From the NCBI GenBank assembly GCA_964247055.1, contig OZ176054.1, positions 8,308,001-8,372,000 on the forward strand: 64,000 bases of DNA. The letters are read 5' to 3'. Positions 23,876 to 36,000 of this stretch are shown here, piece after piece. The stretch is from Paragordius varius (Eukaryota; Animalia; Nematomorpha). The notes under the pieces are model-generated. The model did no database searches. It was not told the origin of the DNA and saw only the letters and a list, made by a program, of their open reading frames with translations. A program made the translations under genes and the position numbers. Position 1 is the first letter of the stretch, and each line of letters begins with the position of its first letter.

Positions 23876-26249
23876 TTTCCATATTATCGAATTTATTGAT
23901 ATTAACATGTGTGTATTTGAATAAATATAAATAATATTAATAATAATATATATATAAGATTTTATATGTATATGATTGTACAAGCCGGTCTTATCTATGG
24001 TGTATAGGTTGCGACGTTTGTATTTTTTTAAAAAAATGTTCTATTGGCTTTCTAAAAGAGGATTGGAGGGGGCGCCAATTCCCCGGAAGCTGCAAATCCT
24101 TGGTCCCTGGACTATTATTTTATAAAGAAACCCATCTTTTATATTTTTCTATGCATCAAAGGAATAATTTATTATCAAAAACACCATATTTTATAAATAT
24201 CATCGTTTTGGGGTGAATAAACAGAGTAGAAAAGTAAATTGGTAACACACTTAATATTATAATTCCCAATTCTTATCATCATATATTTTAATTTTACAAA
24301 TATATTCACGGTATCTCAGGTGCGTTCTGCTTTATATTTTAGAATATCAAGAAGCTGTTTAGAAATCAAATTGGCACTGATTAACATATTGATATACATG
24401 GAAAAATTATAGTTTTTAAAGAGGATGATTTAAGAATCAGATATTCGAAATAATTTACTTATATGAATCCTTTTGTTCAACTCAATTTGTCAATTAAGCA
24501 CGATCATTTTACTATATGTTAAAAAATAACTAAGAGTCCTACCAACAATTATTCACAAATTTCAAATAATTATCAAAATAAGGCGAATGAATGATTTATA
24601 AAGAATTTTGTTGATTAAACACACACATGTTTTATACCATTGATGGTTTTATGTGATTGTTGTGGTAATTGGTTATTATTTTTTGCATATTATAATTGAG
24701 GAATAAAATGGGCAAGAGCTCAATCATTCCTGACACACAATATCGCAATAATCCGGAATTTGTGTATTATAATTAACTTGATTATGATTCTGATGGTGAT
24801 TTTAGATTTGAGCCTAGAAGTGTAGTATGTTTTTTGTGTTTTTATTGTAATACTTGAATTCAAAATAGCCATGAGATTAGGTCAACCTTTCCGCACAAAG
24901 GACCTTTTCAAGAAAAAGTTGCATTTCGTTTACCTCTGTTCTAATTTTATTAATTTAAAATATTTGTATCAGTGGGCTCTAACCTCGGCCCATTAGCCGC
25001 ATGCCCTTTTAAAAGTGCTCTTTTTGGCCCTTAATAATTCATTTAATTTTCGGATGTTTTATTTAAAATATAAACATCTGCAGATGTGTCTAAAGCTCTG
25101 CATATTTGTCCGTACGTTAAGCACCCTTCAAGCAATTTCATGTTTGTTAATGGCTAAAACTGCCTATATTATATACAATATTTATGTTCCATTAAAATTC
25201 TTTCTAAATTTTTTGTTCTATTCTTACCTTCTCATAAGGACCGCAAACTGCATTAAAACACACGGTTTATCCGCCACTTAACAAATAAATTCGCAATAGA
25301 TATCACAAATTACTTTAAAATCTACCATTTCATCCTAATAATCGGTCTAAGTTTATTACTATAAATAATGTGATTGTCGATATAGAAATTTAAAACATCA
25401 GGTGGAATAACTATTATTATTTTGAACACATATTAAATCCAAGTATTTTAATTAATTTAAAATATTTCTAAAATTTTAATTTTTTATCCGATTTCACTTA
25501 TTTCTTCATATAAAGAAATGAAACAAATACCTGATTTATTTGAAAAAACTTTCATTTATATTTATTTTTCAATTTTAAGATGTTTTAAAACAATATATTT
25601 GCTTCCGGACTCATTTGAAACCGTTTTGAATTGGCATTTTACAAACATATATAAATATACCCTAATTCTTTAATGAATTTCAATTTAACCATTTTTTAAA
25701 TGTTTTTAATTAAGCGACTAACCAGGATAAAATATCAGATAAAAGTGGGCAAATTTTTGATTGAAATACGCTGCCAATATATCTGGTACCCTAAAATGTG
25801 TTTTTCGGTAGAAATTAAAACAAATTACTCTCATTTTTTTAAAAAAAAGAGCTAGTGATCTTTATCTCAACGAAAAAAGCCGATATATGAAATTAAATTA
25901 TATAGCATATTTTGCATTTAAAATATATAAGCAATGTCAAGCATTCCTGAAACGGTACTAAAACATTTAAACACTCTTTATAAGATCCGCTAAACCATAT
26001 CTATCATAATTTCGATAATATTGTTCGAAACTATATATCTATATAAAATGTTGTGTGTTTGATATTTTAACTGATATGTGGAATTCCATATAATAAATTG
26101 CAAAATTTATTTGATTTAGAAACAAACGAAACGTAAGCGTGTTAAATTTTAGAAGTTCTAAAATTGGGCTCATTCAGTAGGGTTTATGCAAACCGAAAAG
26201 ATAAAAACAAATGATGAAGAATTAATGGGAATCAAACAAAAGTTTTAAC

Positions 26250-27050
26250 TGTAAAAAAGAAAGGCAATAGCAACTTTTAAAAAATAATAAATTTTGTATT
26301 TTATGATTTATTTGATATTGCGTTTTCAAATTCACAAACAAGGTATACTGTCACAATATTCTCTAAATATAATAATCTTCACGAATTCTTTTGACCGTTT
26401 TTGCAAGAATATCAGTTTCTTTTAATAGAGATTGTTGCTATTATAGGTAGCCATTTTGTTTCCATTCCTAATTAAACATCAGTTCAAGAGCTGTAGTTGA
26501 CAAGTGGGTATTGATACTGATTAAATCTTTTCATTTTTAATGCTATGATCTGGGTAAGATCTTTAATCAAATTAAGTTTTCGCTTGGATGATTGATGATA
26601 ACGGTTGGTTAAATAAGCTCGTTATGTTCTTTCATGATATTCTAAACTTCGATATTGTTTGTTTCTGATTTCCAAACATTAACTTGCGTATAAGGGTTAA
26701 AATTATTTGAAAATTTCAATTTTTGGGTTTATTTAAGAATGAGAATCTGATTGTGATGAAAGTCTAATCTCTACAGCAATTTGGAGTTTTTGGCATGAAC
26801 TAAAAATTTTTGGTTTTGTGCGAAATTTTCTAATATGAAATACATTTTGACAGTAATATATTTTGGTCATCATAGAGGCAACAGAATAAATATATCACTT
26901 TTGTGATAATTTAATACATCTTTTTTAGTAGAGAAGCCCATTTATTATTATTTTGTTATTGTTAGATTGGTTTTGAACACATTGGTTTAGGATTGATATC
27001 TGTTTACAAATATAGATATTTATAGAGAGCTTTGTTTGGTTTGTTGTGCA
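26250..27050 (-). pseudogene. Possible highly decayed LINE remnant
   Basis: Faint EN/RT-like phrases (KIIINGLL; PDHSIKNEKI...LLN.CLI) broken by many stops. Confidence 0.2.
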
Positions 27051-27134
27051 TAAAACATGTGTGAAAAAGCAACTTATGCTCTGTTTTTTAGAATTAAAAG
27101 TAATTAAAAAACATTTAGTATATAAAAATTTACG

Positions 27135-28203
27135 TTAAAAGTGAGAAGAAAAAATGGGCGCCAAACAATCAGGACCCATTAAGTCTGGCAGATAACGTCT
27201 GTTTTCCTGACCGGGCAACGGACAGATAGGGACTGGTTCGGTAAAAATTCTTCCGCGCCTCCTTCTAATGTACGGCAGATCGTCTTTCGAATTTGGATTT
27301 CCGAGGTAGGAACATTTACATCTACAAGTGAATGTGTTTAGTTATAACTGTTAAATGATACTTAATTAAAAAAGTTATCCCTTACTTTGAACACATAATA
27401 TTTAATTTCTTGGTTGTTGGAATGGGAGATTTCCGCTCCGCAGACTGAGTTCTCCACACGCTTGAACGATAAGTATAGGATTTCCCGCTAATCACTCGAT
27501 GGGTATTATATGCGAACACTCTTTCTCCAATCGATTTTCTCACTTCTTTTTTGTCACGGAGGCATTTATCGCTTATTGGAGTTTCATCTTCTTTTGAAAG
27601 AGTTTGTTGTTTTGATATTGTTGGCTCCTCTACGTTTTGCATTACTGATTCTTTAATTTCTTTTTCATCTTTGATATTCGGTACATTAATTATGTTTACT
27701 GATCCTATTTTTAAACATTGGTTTTGACACGGGGCTCTCATGTTTGAATTTGAGGTCTGATTAGCCAAATTTATATCATTATTCATTATTTTTATCTTTT
27801 TTCGGTTAGTGTTTGCTTTCCTTAATTGTTTTATGGGAGTTTTGCGATTTTCATTATTTCCACACAAAAGATTTTTGGATTGAATCTCGCCTGTGTTAGA
27901 TTGACAAACAATAGCTTTTTTGATGGTACATTTCGGAGTTTCCGCTTTTCTTTTTCCACCTTGAGAAACATCTTTCATTTCAGTTTTTATCGATTTCTTT
28001 GGCTTTTTTGTAAAAGTTTGGTCCTTCAAACTTTTTTTCTCAGCAACTTTATCTTTTATGTTTTTGTGTTTCTTTTTCTTAAGGAATGCTTGCTTTATAA
28101 TCAGTTTTGCCGGTTGAACCATTAATTGGGATGCGTTCGTTTGGTTGTGAGATATTTTTTGTTTTTTTGTTTTAATTAAAATAATAGATGATTTACGTTT
28201 CAT
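27135..28203 (-). CDS. Lys-rich basic orphan protein, 2 exons, ~334 aa
   Basis: Exon 28203-27386, 64-nt GT-AG intron, exon 27321-27135 in frame (KCKCSYLGNP...RRRRGRIFTEPVPICPLPG...). No family recognised. Confidence 0.65.
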
Positions 28204-29224
28204 AATATATATTGTTTAGAATGTGTAATACAATTTTTTGCTAAACAATCAATATACAATGATTGTTAAGCTTTTAAATTTAAGATTCTATAAATAAATA
28301 GAGTGCAAAATTATGTAAGATAAATAAAATGCTCTGGACTCGATTAATATGACTTTTTCGCCACATTTATCATCTCTTTTCTTTAAATACTATTATACGA
28401 ATACTTTTTGTCAATTTAAATTCAAGTATGATCTATTTAGAGGAGCAGTGAAAAATTGAAATTTAGAGCTAGTAATCTGGAACCAGCATTAAATTCTGCT
28501 TATTTTATGCGGTTGAAATTCTGTTTTTTACTATGCTCCACATGGTGGATTTTGTCGTCTTTGTGTAAATTGAGTAAAAAAGCTTTTCATCTTTTAAAAT
28601 TTTAAATTTATTTTATAAAACTTTAATATAATATTAGTTATACAGGAAATAATTAAATTAATATGATAAAGAGTATTAGACTATTACAGTGTGTACCGGG
28701 GGCGGTAGGGGATCCATCATGTTCCGGAAGTCGTTTAGGGGCTGGGGCATATTTATGATTTTTTATATACCATTTGCACTTTAAGAGTATTCTTGAACAT
28801 TTCAAGCTGCTACTATATTTTTTTAAGTTTGGATTTTATTATTTTCATCCTAATTTTCTGAATCAAACACCTTTTTTTTGTTCCAATCTATTTTTTTCCA
28901 AATGTTTTACATGAAAAATTGTAATTTACAACCCAGAAAACTTGTTTATTTTAATTACGTGTAAAATCTTATTAAGTTTTTTAAAAACTTATAAAGATGT
29001 ACGGTTTCTGAATTATAAAAAATTGATTTTAAAGTTTATGTTGAATAAGAAAAATAGATTAAAAATGAAAAATAGATGAATAATACACTATTTTACGCCT
29101 TCACCAACATATAGGAGGTTTTATTTTATGCGACTGACACCGGAGAATTTTTGATTAAAATACAATTTTACTTGATATGAGGCTAAATCCAGGAGTTAAG
29201 TAACATAATCGGCAAGTTAAAAAA

Positions 29225-29300
29225 ATATGTTATTGAAATCGAATGGGGCTACACTTTTTCCGGAAAATTGTCTCTAACACCAGATTTAACGGTGTGAACT
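29225..29300 (-). mobile_element. Diverged internal fragment of the Helitron family
   Basis: GAAATCGAATGG...TTTTCCGGAAAATTGTCTC matches 55921-55965. Confidence 0.45.
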
Positions 29301-29615
29301 AAGGGTTATTCAAAAAAGTGACCTAACTACAGTGTCGATACATTTATAAATGAATTAAATATTTTCTTTTTTGAATTTGGATGTACCTATATTTTCAGAA
29401 TGCGAAACAAAAAATTGTCTAGATATTTGGTAATTATTATACGTATTATAAAAATATAAAGGATCTTTTAGCAACGAAAAAAATCCGCGCAACAAAATTT
29501 CTACAACAACGGTTATTTAATGATAAACGTGTACCATTTCAAAAATATTTACCATTTAAAAGAATATTTCAACTTTTCATACTTTCATCGAATTTTAGCA
29601 ATTTGCTAGAACATT

Positions 29616-29833
29616 AATTCACCCTATAAATAAATTTTGCATTTTCGAACAAATATAACTCATTATTAATATGAAATATATCTTTGTGACATAGTTTATT
29701 ATTTTTTCAATATTATTTTAATTTAGAACATAATTTTATTTTTCAAAAATATATAAAAATATATGTAAATTTTAATTTTAAAAAACATAATTAATTTGAG
29801 GGTGAATTTGAATTGTTTAAGGGTGAATTTGAG
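29616..29833 (-). mobile_element. MITE-like element with AATTCACCCT-containing inverted ends
   Basis: Reverse complement aligns to 50287-50509 over the whole length. Confidence 0.65.
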
Positions 29834-30079
29834 TTGTAATTGTATTAAACACTTCATAAATTGGAAAACCGTCCACTCTTTCATAAATGGTTGCTTATAA
29901 TTACTGGACATTATACATATTTTTACACGTTACACGTTAATCAAAACCAAAAATTAATGAGTCTGGAATAAATGAATCGTAATCTCGCAATTGGCAGTTT
30001 ATATAAAAGAATATTAAAACAGTAAGAAAACTATATATAAACTAATCACTAAATTTATTTATTATATTAAATTTAAAAA

Positions 30080-33000
30080 TTATTTTTTTCTTCCTCCACG
30101 TTCTTTCAAACTTAACTCAATGATGCTACCATTGACCAAATTATAGTAGGCAAGGGTATTGGAATCTTTGATAAAAGCACCCTAATTCGATAAATTAATA
30201 TATGCATAATTAAATAAATTTAGAATATCATGTTTAATTGAAATTCAATTTTTACTTGATATTGAAGTTTCTGTTTACCAGCAGGTAAGTTAATGCTTTC
30301 ATATATTTTTGCCTTTATTACAGATATCTATGATATAAAAATTATACAGTATACAGTTAAGAGAAATTTTTAATTCTATCATTATTGTACATTATATAAA
30401 TAATACAGCAAATATTACATTATCGCTCAAGGGCATAACCACATTCAAGACTTGTCCATGCATTTTTAATTCAGGCTTATCAGGGATATCTGGTACATGA
30501 ATTTCTATTTGAACTGGTCCCTAATATTAGGCATATGATAGTGAATTTAAATAAGTATAAAGAATGGCATTAAAGTAAATAGTCGTTTTATTATTAAATG
30601 GTTCTTTTTTGCTAATAGAGAAATAAATAGTAAATATATACACTGCTAGTTTTTCATAAATTTTTGCCAGATAGGATATAAAAGAGCAATTTAATTGGCT
30701 TAAAGTTATTTTTTTCTCTTCCTGCTATCGACCAATAATAATGCTTTTTGCTGTATATTCTATCTGGCAATAACTAAAAACTAAAATATATTTGTTCATA
30801 TTGTATCTATTAACCAATAAAAAATTACTATCCACATTGTATTATGAATCAAACTGTTAAGAAAACATACTCTATGTTACTTACTGGATTTTGGGCCAAA
30901 AACTCCGCTTCAGGTATAAGCGCCATCTCATTCAACGTAACGAGTCTGGGCTTTTTGGGTGCCGGAGGTACAACAGATCCCGTTATAACGGGTTGAGCCG
31001 AAATCGTACCAGCTGACAGGAGCGGTCCGCCCATCATATGGGGAGGTGGAACAACCACGTGATGTGGATTATAAAAGTTTGCTCCTCCATGCATTATTCC
31101 CATATCTCCAGTCGTTGCTCCAGGCGGGCCATTCATAAACATCATATTTTGGGTTGGGGGTGGGGGCATATTTATTGGGGCGGTTGGCGGGCGCTTCAAA
31201 GCTTGAGCAGAAGCGGATGGTGGTGGAGGTGGGAAGGCTGATATCGTGGTCGTTACAATTTTCGAGGGCCCGACTGCCGTTTTAGAGGCAGTGGAGGAGC
31301 TAATAACATATTTACGATAAAAGATGAATAGGCGAACACAGTACTTCGAACCGGTACCACATGGAACTAAGCCAACGAAGTTCCGGTTTTACTTCTGCAA
31401 AAAGCGCCCGGCTTCACAAAATTTTAAAAACTACCCTGGTTTCAATAGTCCAGGAACCGCCCCGGTTTTTTTCCGACACGGTTAAAAGACGAGAGATAAA
31501 ACATTTAATAAATGTGTTCGTTGAAGGGTTTTCGGGATTACTATACACCAACTTCGTGAACAATCAAGTTTAAAAAACGTTTCATCCTTGTTAAAATTAT
31601 GATAGCGCTGCACAAAATAATTTATAGAAAGGTGTGATGGTATAATGGGTAGTGGGCTGCAATACCTGTACTAAGGGGTACTAGTGTTGAAACACCGAAA
31701 CTACGCAACTTTTCCATTATCCCTGTCAGCCCTGAACAAGCGAGTGTTAAGCTTAGCCTTGATACAATTAAAGTCGTTCTTTGATAAAAGGGAAAAAATA
31801 GAAACTCTAATCTGCATATTCAAAAAATAAATTATAAAAAAAGATGCCTTTAAACATGTTAATTATTAAAAAAATGTATAAAAAGTTGTTTTTTGTGTGA
31901 AAATAGTTTACAAAGGTCTCAAAACGGCCATTTAAATGCTAAAAAGTGTATGCTTTTGAAATACCAAATAATACTTTGTTAAAAATTCAGATTTATCGTG
32001 CAGCTATAAAATATATACATTTGATAAAAATGATTTTTTCCTATTATCAGTTTTAGGGTCAAAAAATATATTATTACCAAAAATGTACATGGCCCCTAAA
32101 AAATAGTTTGCACAAAAAGCGGTTGACTGTCTATTTTAATATCTTATCCTTATTATCTTTATTTATTTATTTAACCCTCAGAATTAACGCATTTTACGGA
32201 AATATTTTCGTTGTTAATAATCAATTTTGGCGCAGTTATGTATAAGTAGTCAAAAGTTCTATTATCTACAAAAGTGGTAAGAAAAAAGTCATTTAAGAAA
32301 ATTCCCTGCTGCACAAAAAAAGTTTAACCGTCTATTTATGAATTTTATATGTATGTAGGTAAAACTATAATATACATGAAAGAAGCCCAAATTTCTTTCT
32401 CACAAAAGATAAGTAGAGATGGTCTTTTTCTATATTAATAATGACATACATACCTCTCAGGGTTATTTGTCGCAATTTGCGTCGGTATTTTCGTTGTAGT
32501 CATAGCCGGTGTCATATTTGATCCTCCTGCGCCACTCTTATTTGTGTTGGTAAGACCAGCTAAACCGCCATAACTGGGAACGGGTTCCTTAATCAGTGTT
32601 ATTGAACCGCTATCAAACACATTATTTTTGGAAGTGCCACCAGTACCAGCATTGTTTGCTGTAATCTGAGTATCTCCCATATCTTCACCATCAGCCAACT
32701 AGCACAAGTCAAAATTTAAACAACATCTTTAAAAAAAACTTTTTTCGAATATTTTGTTTGACTAATGACATTTAAACACATTGTTTCATTCGAAAAGGCT
32801 TTGATGAGTTTTTTGTTGCACAAATAGAGAAACTATTCGAAATTTTGATTTTACAATTTATCGTTTTATATGGACGTTAATAAAACCGCTAATTAAAACA
32901 TTTTGTTTAAAATGAAAATAATTATTAATATGTGCTTTCATCACGTGCTGCGTACCTTTTTGCCAATGTAAGTTTCCTTGTGTCCAGCACCAAAAATATC

Positions 33001-36000
33001 TGTACGTCGTTCAGCCAATTTCTTAAGCGAAGAGCCAATCGACATACCAGTAGCATAAACTTCTTCTTGTTCTTTCTTTTCTTTGAGCAACTTTTCACGC
33101 TGTTCGATCCATTGTGGATCCAAAAGTCCTAAATATAGCAGCAATTACATTATAATATATATTTATTTATATTTTTGCAATTTCAAATACATATATATAA
33201 ATATAAATATCTATATATTTATAAAAATGGAAAATGCTGGCTTTGTGATCTGGTACAGGAAAACCGGTAGACCCAATCAAATCCAAATATCGAAAAAATA
33301 TAATCATTAATAAATGTCCCGACAATAGCTTCGCCCTTTTTTTGAAATAGGCCCCCAGTTCGGGCCCACCCCGTATGAAAAACGGTTTTTTTTTGAAAAC
33401 AAAGTCCACAAAATCGTGTTTTTGAGACAATTTTCCGGAGAACGTGTTGGACCATTCAATTTCAAATATGATTTTTGTTTACTTATTTTCGATTGCGCCG
33501 AACATAGTCGAGTCACTTTTTTGATTTAGGCCCTCTTTTTACCCGCTCCCCCCGTAAAATGCCATTTTTTTCAAAAAACAAAGTCCACAAAAATAATTTT
33601 CTAAATCGATTTTTCGCCCTAGGTATGAGACCGTAAAAATTCAATAAAGATTCCACGTATTCCCTGTTAAAAGGCAAAAATTTTAGTCCACCGTTTATTT
33701 GATGATAGCTGCTGGGTAAGGAGCTACCCGCTAAAAACTGATTTTTCATATAACTTTGTGAACTGTTTCCGGAAAACCGGTGATCCCAATCAAATCCAAA
33801 TATCGAAAAAATATAATCATTAATGAATGCCCCGACAATAGCTTCGCCCTTTTTTGGAATTAGGTCCCCAGTTCGGGCCCACCCCGTGTGAAAAATGGGT
33901 TAAGTCAATTTTCCGGAGAACGTGTTGGACCATTCAATTTCAAATATAAATTTTGTTTACTTATTTTTGATCGCGCTGAACATGGTCAAGTCACTTTTTT
34001 GATTTAGGCCCTCTTTTTACCCGCTACCCCCGTAAAATGCCATTTTTTTCAAAAAAAAAACAAAGTCCACAAAAATATTTTTTTGATTGTATTTTTTTGT
34101 CCACGGTATGAGACTGTAAAAATTCGAGAAAGATTTTTCGTATTGCCTGTTAAAAGGCAAAAATTTTAGTCAAGCGTTTCTTTGATGATAGATGCTGAGT
34201 AAGGAGTATCTATCATATGCATAGCATGTTAAAAGATATATGGATATTAATACATTATTTATCCTCATCTATATATTTATAAAAATGGAAAATGCTGGCT
34301 TTGTGATCTGGTACAGGAAAACCGGTAGACCCAATCAAATCCAAATATCGAAAAAATATAATCATTAATAAATGTCCCGACAATAGCTTCGCCCTTTTTT
34401 TGAAATAGGCCCCCAGTTCGGGCCCACCCCGTATGAAAAACGGTTTTTTTTTGAAAACAAAGTCCACAAAATCGTGTTTTTGAGACAATTTTCCGGAGAA
34501 CGTGTTGGACCATTCAATTTCAAATATGATTTTTGTTTACTTATTTTCGATTGCGCCGAACATAGTCGAGTCACTTTTTTGATTTAGGCCCTCTTTTTAC
34601 CCGCTCCCCCCGTAAAATGCCATTTTTTTCAAAAAACAAAGTCCACAAAAATAATTTTCTAAATCGATTTTTCGCCCTAGGTATGAGACCGTAAAAATTC
34701 AATAAAGATTCCACGTATTCCCTGTTAAAAGGCAAAAATTTTAGTCCACCGTTTATTTGATGATAGCTGCTGGGTAAGGAGCTACCCGCTAAAAACTGAT
34801 TTTTCATATAACTTTGTGAACTGTTTCCGGAAAACCGGTGATCCCAATCAAATCCAAATATCGAAAAAATATAATCATTAATGAATGCCCCGACAATAGC
34901 TTCGCCCTTTTTTGGAATTAGGTCCCCAGTTCGGGCCCACCCCGTGTGAAAAATGGGTTAAGTCAATTTTTTGGAGAACGTGTTGGACCATTCAATTTCA
35001 AATATAAATTTTGTTTACTTATTTTTGATCGCGCTGAACATGGTCAAGTCACTTTTTTGATTTAGGCCCTCTTTTTACCCGCTACCCCCGTAAAATGCCA
35101 TTTTTTTCAAAAAAAAACAAAGTCCACAAAAATATTTTTTTGATTGTATTTTTTTGTCCACGGTATGAGACTGTAAAAATTCGAGAAAGATTTTTCGTAT
35201 TGCCTGTTAAAAGGCAAAAATTTTAGTCAAGCGTTTCTTTGATGATAGATGCTGAGTAAGGAGTATCTATCATATGCATAGCATGTTAAAAGATATATGG
35301 ATATTAAAACATTATTTATGGTAATCTATATATTTATAAAAATGGAAAATGCTGGCTTTGTGATCTACAGGAAAAACGGTAGACCCATTCAAATCCAAAC
35401 TTCGAACCCCCCCCCCCCCCCCCCAGAAGTCCGAAGGACTTCCTCGGGCTGCGTAGCAGCACGAGATTCACGCTAGTATATATATATATATATGGCTTAA
35501 TCCTCGATGTCTTGACATGCCTTTTTAAAATGAATAAAGCTATAAATTAATACGTTTATGAAGATTGGGATAAACTTTTCAGCGTGAATTAAAAGTTACC
35601 CATATTCCTATGATCTATGGATATTATTGATATATCATACGAATTATATGTAGTCTCCACTTTTCAATAATTTTGTAAAAATAGTACCTTATATTATAAA
35701 CATGAAAATAATTTTCATAAAAATCCATGATGCGAAGATAATGAGCCATATATTTTCGATGATCTAGGATTTACTGTATAAAAATAGTAGTAGGAAATCA
35801 AAATACCTATTCTCATATGCTCCTGCATTTTGTGAGCCGGTATCTTTTCCCCAGTAATAGGTGATATCAAATATTCTACCGTGTTGCTTTGAACTTCCTT
35901 GGCTCGATGTGCTAAATATGTAAAACAATAAAATGCATTTTGTATAAAAAAATATGAAAAAAATTTATTTGTAATGTGAAATATTTTGCATTAAATAAAA

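Noticed and set aside
33167-34807. Duplicated 69-87 aa ORFs (MSQKHDF..., MKNQFLAG...) and similar ORFs at 23624-23983 and 55585-56173
   Set aside because: They lie wholly in non-coding Helitron repeats and have no protein motifs.
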